This document shows positions 17,705 to 31,339 of a stretch of DNA of 64,000 nucleotides, in pieces; the first letter of the stretch is position 1, and each line of letters begins with the position of its first letter. Made by a program: the position numbers and the translations under genes. Source of the DNA: the human T2T-CHM13v2.0 reference genome, Homo sapiens; NCBI RefSeq assembly GCF_009914755.1, contig NC_060930.1; one strand, given 5' to 3'. The notes beneath the pieces are model-generated. The model was given only the letters and a program-made list of their open reading frames with translations. It was not told the DNA's origin and searched no databases.

Positions 17705-19504
17705 TTGTTAACTAAATTAAAAATAGTAAACAGGGTTTATGACAGATGTAGAAATAAGATACATGAAATCATTTGCACAAAGTGGAGGAAGGAGTTGGAA
17801 CTATCTAATGTCATAAATGCAAACTACTAAGGAATGATAATATTCTGAAATTGTCAGTTTTTTTTAGGCAAAGTAATAATTTCAGATCAGTTGCTAGTAT
17901 CAATGAACTATCAATGTTTGAAATGTTTTCAGTATAAGTAGTTCAAGGGTCAGTATGAAACTTAAATTTCGAGGGAAAAAAACTAACATCATTTAATTCT
18001 GTGGTTTTCAGATTTAGCTAATATCAGAATCACCTGGAAGAGTTTGTTAAGCAAAGTTTCTGAGCTTTCTGGGCACTATCCCTGAAAAGTCTGATGTCAC
18101 ACATCTCCTGGAGGTAACGCCTCTCTGTTTAACAAGCAGCCTCTGCAGCCAACAGGTTTTGCTTCTCTGGGGAGGAAGTTGACCTCAGCTGCAGTGACCT
18201 TCCTGGAGAATTAAACAGAGGGGTGCAGATCCTTACACATGGCCCTCTACCAGGATGACGACCTCCCTCTAGAACAGGAGATACTAGTTTTACTGGTTAA
18301 TGGCAGAGCCGAGTCAGGGGAGGCCAGAACCAGGCAGAAGTAACTTGAGTTTTCAGCTCTGGAGAGACTGCAGCCTTGGTCAAAGCCAAGAAAATCCCCG
18401 TCCTTGCGTTATTGAAGTGGTCAGTGTGAAGAAACAAGAACTCCCCAGACACTGGATCTCTTTGATTGATCTAAAGACCTTTCACTCCAGGCACATGGGG
18501 CCCATGAAAACTGTGGGCCCAGCAGCATATCACACCAGCCTCTTGGTGTGGTGCTCTCTGTGGTTCAGAATAGGAGCCTCTCGGGTCACTGTAGGACCCC
18601 ACCGGCCCCTTTCCTCCAGACATAGGCCACAGATCAGCAATGTATTTTAAGCGACCCCGTTGGCGTTGGGCCATGTGTGTGGCATCTCTGTGGCAGCAGG
18701 TGGCCACATGCTCCTGAGTCTCAGACTGGAGGTGAATAGGGCAGCAGAAGAAGTCACCAGTGTTGAGCCAAGTCACAAAGAATAGGGCCAGTGGCAAGGG
18801 TGATGAATGGGTCAAGGGGATTGTAGTCAAGGAGCTGTGGGCCAGGGCTGGGCTCCTTGCAGGATTGTGCCTGGGGGACCATCGTGGGAAATGGCTTCCT
18901 TTGAGCTCCTCAAATGGAAGCAAGAGTCAGCCTGGTTTTCTTCCCTCCAGGGAGCAACACAGAAAGGATTTTCTTTCTTCCACACAAGAGGAAGTTTTTA
19001 GGCTCTGCCAAGTAACCAAAGTAATAGAAACTGTGATGTCTCCAGAACTAGCCTCCAACTTCCTCCAGGTGGCAGGAAGGGGAGCAGCCACCTCGCCTCT
19101 GTGGCTGCTTTGTTTTTCCCTTCTTTTCTTGTTCCTCCATAGCCTACTTCCTCCATTTTGGGGTTCCTGTATGTAAAGTACTCATTGACCCAGAGATTGT
19201 ATCTCAAAACCTTGTACCCAAAGGAGCAATTTTCCTGTGAACGTTCCCAAGACAGCGTTCCCAAAAGGTGTTACCAGCCTCAAGTCAGCAATCATAGTGT
19301 GGAACGGCGGTTTAGTTGTTGAGTGGAATCTCTTAGCAATCTTCTGACAAGCTGGATCAATCAAGTGAAGCTAGATTTCTATTGTTGATTTTGTTGTTTG
19401 TATGTTCTCATGACTTAGGCATGACCTATGTGCCTCTCCTCCTCCAGCTCTCCAATTTTCGCCATCCACTGTGTGTCAGACTCAGGCCTTTGAGGTGCCT
19501 GCAT

Positions 19505-19645
19505 CTCTATATACCACACATGAGGCAGGTAGGGCTCAGAAAGATTAACAACTTTACACACATCACCCCATTAGGAAGTAGTAGGGTCAAGAGTCGAGAT
19601 TCAAATGCTGATATAATTCCCAAGTCTGTGCTCTTAACCAGCAAT
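19505..19645 (-). mobile_element. MIR fragment
   Basis: GGGCTCAGAAAGATTAAC...GATTCAAA...CTGTGCTCTTAACCA. Confidence 0.6.
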
Positions 19646-20296
19646 ATCATCTTCAAGTTCAGCAAAGAGTGTTTTGTGTTTCTCTATCCAAATGATGCCC
19701 ATCTACTCTGTACCATCTATGAGCGTACACCATCTATACTCTCATATCCTCACGTGCCCATTTTTCCTGTAATTCCACTTCTTAGGCTTGTTCCCTTTAA
19801 TACTATAACCAAGCGAGGGAATTTCCACTTTAAAAGGGAATTTGAAAGAGTAGAGTCTCATGTGACTTCCATTCATTTCCCTGACCTGTAGTTGTCCAAG
19901 GGACAGAGGGCGTCTTTGCATGTTCAGTCAGTCTAAACAGCTTTATTTGGCAAGATGTTTACCAGTTTCCATGGTCTTTGGCAAGATGTAAACATGGGCA
20001 GAGGGTCCCGAGTAAGAAGAAGTTGGAAAGGAAGTTGCCTGGCCACCGATGAGGCTTCGCGTAACTGTTCCACATAAAGGTCGTCTACTGTTTTTTTCTT
20101 CTCTTTCAAGTTAAACCTCTTCCCCTTTTTAGATGACAAGTCACAAAGCTGATCTACCCCAGATTGTGGCAACCTCACCCTATCTATACATCAGCTAAAG
20201 GCTGATCGAAGATCAGGTCTAAAGATTGTTGCAAAAAATGAGATAAGCTTTTAAAAAACCCCAGATTCTTTAATTTTGTATGTCAGTCATCAAGTC

Positions 20297-21180
20297 TTCA
20301 TTCACACGCTCACTCAGCAACTCTTTCTTGAGCGCCTGCTGTCTGCGCTAGACCCTGGGTAGGCAGGAATGCAGGCTAAGCGCCTTCTCTATGGGGCCTT
20401 ACATCCAAGCGACAACGTGCCAGGAGGGGACCAGTGCCCAGGAGAAAAGGAAGCAGCATCAGAGCCAGGAAGGGAGTTGGGATCGGGAAGCTCTTTTAAG
20501 CTGGGTAGTCAGGGAAGCTTGAACTGAGACACCCAAGGGGCCGACAGTGTGGTTGTCTGGAGAGCAACCTGGGAGAGAAGCAGCAAGGACCAGGGCCCTA
20601 GAGCAGGGACCGGCTGGACAGATCCCAGACACAGTGTGATTGCCGGGGCAACTGGCATAAACAACAGAGCTGGGAAGGACACAGGGCAGCGGGAGGAGAG
20701 CAGGGCAAGGGCGAGGGCTCCACGGGGCCTCTAAGTCATGGGAGGACACAGGGCATTATCCTGGCACATGTGGGGTGCCCTGGGGAGCTCAGAACAGAAT
20801 CCAGACATGATTTGAATCATGCTAAAGCTTTGCCTTCTCTGGAGGGCAAAAGTTTGGGGCAGGAAGGAGTGGGAATGACTGGCTATGAATGTGGGATATA
20901 CACTATTAATACATCCTGGAGATGGCCAGGAACATTTGCTGATTTTGCTGACGTATTTGATGTGGAGAAAGAATCCAAGCATGACTGCAAGGTTTGGGGC
21001 CTGAGCAGCTGGAAGGACTGACTGTTGCTTTGATGATAGCACATGTTGGAGGAACAGGTCTGGGGAGTGAAATTGAGTTTGGCTTCAGATCTGAGACTCT
21101 TCTGAATACTCTGAGTGGGGGTCGGCGTCTGGAGTTCCACAGGAGGCTCTAGGCTGAAGACAGCGTGTAGGAGTGGAGTC
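20297..21180 (-). mobile_element. LINE-2 fragments
   Basis: Antisense L2 3' end (TCATTCACACGCTCACTCAGCAAC..TTGAGCGCCTGCT) and AAGGTTTGGGGCCTGAGCAGCTGGAAGGA. Confidence 0.6.
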
Positions 21181-21194
21181 GGTTAATATGATTA

Positions 21195-21612
21195 TTAACT
21201 GGATAGTGTCTTCCCAAAATTCATGTTCACGCAGAATATTATTTGGAATATTATTTTATATTATTTGGAAATAGAGCCTTTGCAGTTGCAATTAGTTATG
21301 GGACTCAAAGTGAAATTATCTTGCATTCAGGGCAGGCCTTATGAAAACAGGAGAGAACGCAGAGACGGAGGGTTTGTGAAGACGGAGGCATAGATTGGAG
21401 TGATGCATTCACAAGTCAAGGGGCACCAGGAACTGCAGACCCCACCGGAAATGGGGAGCGAGGCTGGGGACGGTTCCCTGCACAGCCTCCAAATGGAGCC
21501 ACCCCTGACAGCACCTCGATTTCGGACCTCTGGCCCCCGAAGAGTGAGGAAGTAGGTTTCCGTTGTTTTAAACCACATTGTTTGTGGTACTTTGCTGAGG
21601 AAACGGACTCAG
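21195..21612 (+). mobile_element. MaLR solo LTR (MLT1C-like)
   Basis: CCCAAAATTCATGTTC..TTATTTGGAAATAG..GTGAAGACGGAGGCATAGATTGGAGTGATGC..TTTGTGGTACTTTG. Confidence 0.85.
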
Positions 21613-21863
21613 GGCTCAGCCTGTAAAGGGTGTTTACAGCATGGGTCTGAATGATGCCCTCCAGAACCTGTGCCAGTGTGTGTTGATGTTGGGGGGAGGT
21701 GGCCAGGCAGAGGAGCTTCGTGAATCTTCTTACTAACCAGTGAAAAGCAACAAGGAAGAAACAGACGGTGCGTTCCAAAGTAATTCTGGCCAGTGCTGCC
21801 TCTGCAGCTCTCTGGGTAAAAGCTCCGTAAAGACTGAAAATCAGGGAACCTCACTCCTACCCT

Positions 21864-21939
21864 GGTGCCCAGTACTGAAGCTCGGTGCCCAGTACTGAAG
21901 CTCGGTGCCCAGTACTGAAGCTCGGTGCCCAGTACTGAA
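21864..21939. repeat. Minisatellite, 20-bp unit GGTGCCCAGTACTGAAGCTC x3.8
   Basis: Perfect copies starting at 21864, 21884, 21904 and 21924. Confidence 0.97.
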
Positions 21940-21984
21940 AATCATCCTTACGATATCAGCATTGGCTTGGAGGGGTGTTACATA

Positions 21985-22340
21985 TTTTTAAATATCAGCT
22001 TTATTGGGATAATTTACATACAGCAAAATGCATCCATTCTCAGGGTCCACTTCAGTGAGTTTTGACAACGACTGTGTTCCAGTGTAACTGCAACCCCAAT
22101 CAAGATCTAGAACTTTCTACTCCCACCAGCTTCCCTGAGCTCCCTTCCTGTCAATCCCTCCCCGTCTCTCCCTGCTCCAGGCAACTGCTCACCTGTTTTC
22201 TGTGACTAAATAGAAGAGGCTTCCCCTAGGGTTTTGCATACTTGGAACCCTACGGAAGGCACTGTCTGTGCCTGCGTCTTCGCCCCGGCGAGCTGTTTCC
22301 AGAATCCTCTGGGCGGTGGCCTCGCCTCCTGGGCTGCGCT
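21985..22340 (-). mobile_element. L1M (L1MB/ME-like) 3' end remnant
   Basis: CAGCTTTATTGGGATAATTTACATAC...GAGTTTTGACAA...AATCAAGATCTAGAAC...CCAGGCAACTGCT. Confidence 0.75.
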
Positions 22341-24019
22341 GCGATCAGCTGGGGCAGGCTGTGCTTCTCTTACCAACCCTGCTTCGGTGACACCGGGTTG
22401 TTTGCCTGACATTGGCCGTGGTGTGAGTGTTGACCTCACAGAAACGGGCCCGGGCTACCAGCCGGGGCTGCGTTCTCCCAGAGCACTGGAGGATACACAT
22501 CTGCCGGTCACACGCTGGCCATGTCTTTTCACATTCAGAATAATTTCCTGATCACTCTTCTGCCCATATGAGCAAAAGTCCAGTCTCCATGATTGCCCTG
22601 CCCCGGCCTGCTCATAGCTCACCCTCCCGTGTTCCCAGGAATCCCAGGAGCCCGCCTCGAGGGCCGTATCCTGCTTCCAGAGGCATCGTGGACAGAGAAA
22701 GGAAGCCCGAGGCCCATCCCTGGCTTGACTGCGTGGGACGCGTTCTCCGCTGCCCTTGCTTCCCTCACGTGGAGCGGAGAGCAGGCGCTGAGAAGGGGCC
22801 CTGCGTGGTGACCCACTAGGGTTAGTTCAGAGCCTTGTGCACACAGACCCGAGGGGGTTTTCAAAGGAAGCTGACACCCCCGCGAGCTGAGGGCGGCTGT
22901 TCTCACGCATGCTCAGTGGCGCTCCCTGAGTGCTGAGAGCCACGGTCGGTGAGAGAGGAGCTTCCTGATGAGCCTCAGACGGTGCTGAAACCAGCCGACT
23001 CTGCCCAGGATCCTGAGTCCTGGTTTCCTGTTGACCCTTCCTTCCCTCACGACTTATTTCCCCTGGGAACTATCGATGTTCTTTTGGCCAGTGGGCTTCC
23101 GTTGAGGCCATCCTAATCATCAGAGAGGTTTTAGTCGAGTTAAACCTCAAAAGAGAAGGTGTTTCTTAATTTTCCCAGGGGTGCCCTTGGCCCTGATACA
23201 GATTTAGCTACCTTCCCCCGAAAGCCTCAAAGTTCTGCAAACTCACAGCCAAGCAAAACGCAGCTGCAGTCGAGCCAGCCTCGAAAGGTCTTACAACTTT
23301 CTGCAGTGGCCAGCTTGTTCTCTGTTTCCATGCCTTCCAGAATGAAGAAGATCAGTTCTAAGGTTTCTTACTATTTCTACCAAGAGACGACCATCGGCAT
23401 TCCACAGACGGCTCCTCTAGCTGTGCACAATGCCTGTTCTTATCGTTATCACCCGCTTCGCGCCAGCGGTTCTCAATACAAATTCCTTGAGGTTTCACAG
23501 TCACAGATAGGTTGTATTTGTAGGGAAACAGAAGTGCTTCAGTGGAATACTATTGCTCTTTGTACAGAAACCTGACACCTAGTACTTCTGAATTCTAATC
23601 CTAGTTCTGTTAACAATTGGCTTTGTAGCAGCCTAGATAAAGTCAAATTATTTCTCTGTGTAAAAGAAAAACCTAACCAGTAGCAGGGGCACAGTAGTCT
23701 ATGTGCCTTCCCTCTGGGCTTGTGGTTAGTCAGCAATGGGGGCTTTGTGAACTGCGTAGACCAGCACCCCACAGTCTGTTTCAGTTCCAGTTTATCCCAT
23801 TGTCTCACGTGATCTTGAGTCATTTAATCATTCTGTGCTTTTTCAGCCTTCAGTGTAACAAAATAATTTACTAAGCACCTAGCAACTTGGGGTTTGCTTG
23901 AGGTTGTTATATCTGATTAGATATATCTCTATTAGATATTAGATGTGTCTGTACATGTAAAGTATGATACATTATATCCCCACAAGCCAAACAGGCACAC
24001 GTAAGGCCAGCTTATAGCA

Positions 24020-24410
24020 TTGAGATTTGGAAGACCCCTTAGAAGGTAGATCAGTGACCAACAACTGGGCAAGAAATTCCCTTGACAATGCAGCTGCTTG
24101 AGTAGTTTCAGTTTCAGAGCTCTCCTGTGGCAAGTGAATTATTGGATAGTAGTGACTTATTCATGTGTTAGAAAGTCCTTCTTTGGATGAGCTGGTATCT
24201 ACGGAAACTTCCCTTATTCTACTTTTGTCTCTGCACCTAGCATAGTTCCTGGTACAGTATATAATGAGCCCTCAGAAAATATTAGGGGAACTGAGAACAA
24301 GACTGTTTTCTTCCACACAGTAGCTCTTTAAAATTTGAAGGTAGCTCTCATGTTGCCCCCTAATTTTCTCATTTTGGGACTAAACACACTCACTTGCTAT
24401 AATTCTTTAT
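24020..24410 (-). mobile_element. L3/CR1 fragments
   Basis: GTTAGAAAGTCCTTC and TTTGAAGGTAGCTCTCATGTTGCCCCCTAATTTTCTC..GGACTAAACA resemble antisense L3. Confidence 0.5.
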
Positions 24411-24608
24411 AGAGGGGTGTGGCCCCCGATGTGTGGCTGTGGAAAGGCATGGTCCCCAATGTGTGACCGTTCAGGTTGCGTTTCTGAACGCAACTCACAT
24501 CACTTCTAAGATAGGGTGTCCAGGTCTGGAAGAAATGATCCATTTCTCTACTGATGAGCATAGCAATCTGTGGGCCTGTTGCTGTCCACGTCTGGAATAC
24601 CAGCTAAG

Positions 24609-25086
24609 GTGGATTGATGGTGCCGATGGCCCCCATGCATAGGTTCCTGGCACTCCCATCCTCTGGGATGTGGTCCACAGCTCCTCCCATTGCAGGTGGA
24701 GGGTCTGCTTCCCCACCCAAGTCTGCCTTGGCCTGAGACTTGCTTTGACCAGTGGAATGTGAGCAAAGTGAGGCTGTGCCAGTTCCAGTCTGTGCCACCA
24801 GGTCCCTGCTGGAAACCAGCTTCCATCATGACAGCAGGCTGGGGCTGGCCTGCATGAGGGTGACAGAGCACAAGAGGTACAAGAGTTGTTCCTGTCAAGG
24901 CCATTCTGGACCAGCCTGCACTGGCTGACCGATTGACCAGACAGGGAGTGTGCTGGGCCAGGTCATAGTGGCCCTAGGACCACCCTGGAGACTTGGGGGC
25001 AATGTTGAATGGTTATCACTGTGTGTCACTGAGGTTTTAGGGTTGTTTCTCGGGCAGTGTTGTTTTGGCAATAGATAATTCATACA
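24609..25086 (+). mobile_element. Old MaLR LTR (MLT1G/H-like)
   Basis: GACTTGCTTTGACCAGTGGAATGTGAGC...CACTGAGGTTTTAGGGTTGTT...GCAATAGATAATTCATACA. Confidence 0.75.
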
Positions 25087-25195
25087 CCCTACTACCAGCA
25101 CTGCCCAAGACTGGATTATCTGTGACAGGGACTTATATCAGACTTGTGACCTATGACCTTCGTCTGATCACTTTTATGTATACCAATTTCCCTAC

Positions 25196-25806
25196 CTGTG
25201 CCATCCAACATGGTAGCCACCAGTCATGTGTGACTACAGAGTGCTTGAAGCATGTTAGTCTGAAGTGAGATGTGCTATAAATATAAACTACACACCTGAT
25301 TTTGAAGACTTTCTACAAAAATCTAAACGATCTCACTGACAATTTTTATTGATTACATGTTGAATGTATTATATTTTAGATATATCAAGTTAAAATAAAA
25401 ATATTTGGAAAATTAATAATTTCAGTTTGCTTTGTTTTGTTTGTTTGTTTGTTTGTTTTGAGATGGAGTCTTGCTCTGTTGCCCAGGATGGAGTGCGGAG
25501 GCTGCAACCTCCATCTCCCGAGTTCAAGAGATTCTCCTGCTTCAGCCTCCCAAATAGCTGGGATTACAGGCATGCGCCACCACACCCGGCTAATTTTGTA
25601 TTTTTAGTAGAGATGGGGTTTCTCCATGTTGGCCAGGCTGGTCTCAAACTCCTGACCTCAGGTGATCCACCTGCCTTGGCCTCCCAAACTGCTGGGATTA
25701 CATGTGTGAACCACTGCGCCCGGCCTCGGTTTGCTTTTTTGAATGTGGCTGCTAAAAAATTAAAATGACATACGTGGCTCACGTTACATCCCTGCTGGAC
25801 AGCAGC
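25196..25806. mobile_element. MER33-like hAT-Charlie element split by an Alu
   Basis: TCCAACATGGTAGCCAC..GAGATGTGCT..ATTTTGAAGACTT...AATGTGGCTGCTA..GTGGCTCAC..TGGACAGC. Confidence 0.8.
25434..25725 (-). mobile_element. AluS with small internal deletion
   Basis: Antisense dimer, (TTTG)n tail, TSD TCAGTTTGCTTT / TCGGTTTGCTTT. Confidence 0.95.
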
Positions 25807-26114
25807 GTCCCAGACAGAGCCCTGGAAACCTACATGTTTCTAATTTCCTTATCTTCATATTTTATTGTTTTCAGCTCAGAATTCCAACCACATGAGATAA
25901 TATGGAACCTTGAGCACTATCTGTAGCATCTGTTGTCCATCACAGATCTTAGAATTCAGCAGGTTTGATAATCATCTTTCCCTTTTGCATGCAACTCATT
26001 GATTTAAAATAATTCTGACCAGCACAAGGCCAATGGCACGATCATGTAGCATTTCATTAATCAATTCTTTTCACACCAAAAATATCACTTCCCATTCCTG
26101 GTGGTACAAAGTGA

Positions 26115-26508
<394 letters not shown>

Positions 26509-27620
26509 TAAAGGAATCTGCGAGATGCTTTGCTGAAGTCCAGATCTGCGGGAGGTGGAGCTGCCCGAGCCCAGCGCTCAAGGCCCAGCCAGAACCGAAC
26601 CAAGGCTGGCTGGGGCCGATGCACGCGAAGTGCTTGTCCCGTTTACTTCTAAATGCCCACAGGGTGTTCATTAGACAGCGTGGCCTGAAGTGTTTCCTGA
26701 TGTCGAGTCATGGCCGCCTGGGTTTCTTCACAGCTTTCCTTTTGGAGCTCAGGGCGGCTGTCGTCTTGGGCTCCAAGGGTGCCTTTCCGCCTTCTCGGGT
26801 CCTTCCGGGTGCTGGAGCCGGCGCTCCGACACAGGGAGATGTCTTCATCAAGGGGATTCCACAGAGCCACTCCCAGCCTAATACCAGATATAAAAAGCTA
26901 CGTTCATGGATGCAAGCTCAGTTTTCTACTTAAAAAGTGAAGAGATTCCGCTTGCAAGTTTGATTCAGTTCAATACCTTCCCTAATACCTCCTGTTTTAC
27001 TTTTCTCATATATAATATTTCCGCCTATACACAGGAAATGCAACAATTTTTTTCCACCAAGCCTCTTCTAGGTGCCCAGACCACCCCCGCTAACCCCAGT
27101 GTGCCCTGCACAAACGTGGGGTCCTGTGGATGCCCGGAGGTCATAATCGGGGAGCCCTGCTCTCTCTCCCGCACCTGGTTCCCTGGCCTCAGGCTGAGTC
27201 ACACAGTCCCTCAGGCCTGGAGTGCTCTCTGACTCTCACCTGTGTGGCAAACGCCTCTGCATCCTTCAGCGCTCCACCCTGGACCTTACTACTGCTGCGC
27301 TGCTCCTCAAGGCCCGGGAAAGCTTCCCAGGACCGATCTGGGTGTGGACGTGTGGGGCACGTTATTCTAACAATTTGAAGTAAGTTTCTTATGATGGAAG
27401 TGCCCCTGTCCCCAGGTCAAAGTACCTGCTTTCTAAAGCCCAAGTCTAACATCCTTATTCCAGTCTCCAGGCACGAACCTCGCCGAGACACCTCCACACT
27501 GCTCCCCATACCTCCCTGCAGTTTTCCTCCCTGGGTTCCTCCATGGACACGCTTCACTCTGCAGGGAACCTCCTAGCTCCCCTCCCTGCTGCCCCATGTC
27601 AGGCACCCTTGGGGATAAAA

Positions 27621-27664
27621 AGCATCTGCTGTGGGTGCATGAAGAGCATCTGCTGTGGGTGCAT
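27621..27664. repeat. Direct duplication AGCATCTGCTGTGGGTGCAT x2 (24-bp period)
   Basis: Copies at 27621-27640 and 27645-27664. Confidence 0.95.
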
Positions 27665-28279
27665 CTCCTGGCACGTCTGTCTTCCGTAGCTTCTCTTAGA
27701 ACTCCAGCCATGGGTGTCGATTCTGTTCAACCCACAGTCCTCACATCCTGGGAACCCCCTTGTGGTTGCATTATCTTTAATCTTTTGTGATTATGTCAGT
27801 CAACACTGAGTTGCCTTTTACACAATGGGAGCAAGAGGAAGAAGGAGGAAGAGGAGGAGGCCAAGCTGCAGGGAAGAAGGATATGGAGAGGAGGGGGCAG
27901 CAGTTACTCCCACCCTTGGTTGATGACAACCAACACGTTTAGGGCTTGTTGAGTTAAAACCACAATCCCCCAGGAGGTGAATAGAGAAACTTGCGAGAAA
28001 AAGAGAGACAAAGGCATTTGTGAACAGGAAAAGCAGGCTTTGTTTTCAGGCTGCTTGGAGAAAGTACTTAAGTAATGACTTTTACTGGGAATAACTAGAA
28101 TAACTGGTCATGGGTAAAAGTCCCTTCTCTTGCTTTTATGTGTCCGAGAAAGTATCCCAGAAACCAAAGGTCATGGTCCCAGGAGGCATCTCAATTCTAG
28201 GGAATAAATGCTGAATGGGAGTCTGGACTGGGGGAAGATTTAAGTATCCAAGTCCAACGGGACGAGTGGAAACTGAGCA

Positions 28280-28610
28280 CCACCTGATAGGACCAATGGC
28301 GAGAGCTCAGCGCCACTTCTGTGCGATTTCTGTCAGAAATGTTGGTCCCGTGTCTGGTCATAAGGAAACATGAAACAAACCCAAATTGAGGAACATCATA
28401 TACGCTGCCATTGTCCCACATCCCAAGGTTATGGTTCCCGGGAAAGAGGAAACGGACTTATTTTGAAGGTGACTAAAGAGAATCTGAGAAACAAACACAA
28501 CGTGTGATTCTAGATTGAATGCTTTTGCTAGGGAGGATGTTAATGGGGCCTGAATCTCTGCCTGCATCTCTGATTAGATGGTGGATGTGTGTTGTGGGCT
28601 GCGCAAGGTT
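28280..28610 (+). mobile_element. L1MC-like 3' end remnant
   Basis: CACTTCTGTG...AAGGAAACATGAAACAAACCCAAATTGAGGAACAT. Confidence 0.65.
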
Positions 28611-29366
28611 GGAGATAACCAGGTCTACTCACGTTTGCGTCATTTTACAATGTCACACTTTTACTGATGGTATTTTACTCATAAAGCCATATGCTACATG
28701 GAGTTCCCAAGCAGGCAATTCTTAGTGCTTCCATTCACTCAGTTGTCAGAGCCACCGGCACACAGGCTCAAGCCACAAGCCATTCAATACTGCGAACTGT
28801 ACATCAGAGTATACTTAACCAATACATAGATGTTATAGATTAAACACTCTACAATAAACAAAGTGACATTTAACGTCAAGAGAAAGAGGATAGGAAAAAG
28901 GGCTAACAGTCCAGTCCAGGTAGAGTGATGTGGACAAAAAGAATGTCCTGGCCTGGCCCGGGCGGTCGTCAGCATCAGCGTCATGCAAGAAGGAATCTTT
29001 GATGTGGGCAGAGCCTTTGGTGACAGATGCTGGGTGCTTATCATGAGTGATGGCAAGATGGTGTCTGTTGAAATGGCCATTTCCAGCTAGTGAAGCACTG
29101 CTCTCTTTATGTTCTTTATGGCCACAGAGTCCTCTGGTGAAGACTGATAGTGGAAGAGTGTGCCTGGGAATGTCCTTATCTGGTGCAGTCTTTATTGATG
29201 AGGCAAACTTCTGGTCCCTGTGATGAGGTGCCTTTTGAAGTATAAGATGGAGTGTTTTTCTAAGATGGAGTTACTTACATCAAGGGTGCGCTATGCAATT
29301 TGTCAGGGCTGTTGTGCTGGTATCAATTCTTCTTGCCTCAGCAAATCGATGAATCCTCGCCATTAT

Positions 29367-29820
29367 TGTTCTGCGGCAGGCAGGCCTATGCAAACCTACC
29401 CCCAAAGTCCCAGGAAGCCGAGAGGTCAAAGAAAGAGGCTGACAAATTTGGTTTCTGAGGAAGAGACATTTAATAGGGACTTACAAACAGAACCCATGGT
29501 CTTGGGCAGCCAGGAAACAAGATGGTGGCCCCCTGGGCTATGACCCCCAGGTCCAGGGCTTCTACAGCATAGGGAAGGAATGTGTAGGACAATTGAAGTA
29601 GATCCCCAGGGAAAGGCAAGAGTGCTATGTGAACCTGCCCAAAGGCAGGGGTTATTGTCAAAGTTGTGTTGACCTAAGGGCAGGATTTATGGCAAGCACA
29701 AGATCTTACCCAGGGAACAGTAAATAAAATAGAAATCTTAGAGGCCTTCCTGGAACAGGGGTTAATTAGAAGTCAACATGGAAGATTAGCGTCCAAGCTG
29801 GAGCTGCTTCAGCCTCCCCA
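29367..29820 (-). mobile_element. ERV-class solo LTR (family not assigned)
   Basis: AAACCTACCCCCAAAGTCC..AAGAAAGAGGCTGACAAAT..ATTTAATAGGGACTTAC resembles an antisense ERV1-type LTR; 28780-29300 may also be LTR-derived. Confidence 0.55.
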
Positions 29821-31339
29821 ACCGCGCTCTTCGGATAGTAAAAGGCAAACTGGCCACCAATAGCTTCTTTTATATTTTCTGCCTACTTTAAACGTAGAGT
29901 TGTAAAACATAATAATGATAGGAAAAAATTTTTAAAGTCACTAAAAGAGAAACACAGAAAGTTAGGTTTGCCAGAAAGTACTTTGTTTTGAAGAGTTTTG
30001 AATATTTTCCGTAAGAAAAGGACAGAACTATGTTCATTGAAATATGTTTGGTGATTGAACTGTGCACCAATGGAATCAGTATTTTATTTTTATCATCATC
30101 TGTCTCTTTAGCATCAGATATTTGGGGCCAGATTCCCTTTTCATTGATTTTTAATTATTAACTTTTCATTTTATTTGACCATTTGTTCTTTGTGGAGCAC
30201 CAACATACAGAAACAGGCAAAAACCACTGAAAAATTGGCTCTGAGCTCTGAGTGGCCCCTGTCTGAATGTCTTCATGCGACAGATGCTTAGAAATTTAAT
30301 CCCAAGAAATAATAGGATTATATTTGGGAATGACAGTGACCATGTCCAGCTTAGTCAGAGTTTAAGTAAGGCTTCACTTTGGCACTCTTCCTCAGGAGAG
30401 TTGGAGGCAGGGATGGATGAAAGACTGAACCTTTTCATTCTAATAATTAAAACTTTGCTTTTGATTAATAAGAATGTCAATCCAAAGCATAATAATAGAT
30501 ACCAGCAGGTAATATTTCTAAATAATCAGATTTAAATATGCATTAAAGGAAGTAATTACCATGATGATTACCATGACTAAGGTTGATTGTTCATGTTCAC
30601 ACTGAATCTCCAGATTCCTCCATGTGGCGCATTCTCAAGTCTTTACAGTGCCAGTGTCAGTGATGATGGGCAGCTCTTATTTAAAAATAATTGAGTTCCA
30701 TAGCACGGTTCCATTTGGCTATAGTAGGGAAGAATTGGACCCATTTTATTCCTTCAGAATAAATGAATGTTGGTACTAATACTGTTTTCTGCAGCAAACA
30801 TGAAGAAAGTTTATTTCCAAGTGGCTGTTTTGCTCACTCTGCCAGCATCCCACCGGCATCTTTATAATGTGTATTTCAGTAAGCCAAAACAAAAGGCTTA
30901 CCTGTAAAATATGTGTGTGTGTATTGAAAAAAATGTACATATTAGAACAATAAAAGCAGATGTTGATCCCAGGATGGAACAGGCAGTGTTTACAAGTTTC
31001 CTAAGTTCTGCCTTAGTTTGGGGTTTGCTGGCAGCAGCCCCTGCATTTGAGTGTGGGTGTGTTACCTGGGAGGCATCACCAGGGTCCTGGAAAGTGACGG
31101 TGAGGGTGGGAAAGGAGGGTCCCTGATGAAAGGGGCATGGCCCAGCAACGCTCCCGGGGGGATAGCTGGGCTTGACTCCCCATGGGGATTCTGGCCAAGC
31201 CAGGGTAGAACATGTACCATAAACTTTCCCCACCCAAAGGGAGGGAGTGGGGTTATTTATACACCAAAGGCCCATCAGATATTAAGTGGGGGCTGCTCCT
31301 TTGTGAGGCATTTGTTCTCCAGCACTTCCAGGCCAGCAG

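Noticed and set aside
21864-21939. CRISPR-like array
   Set aside because: Head-to-tail identical units with no spacers, in primate DNA, with no cas genes; the same applies to 32774-32910
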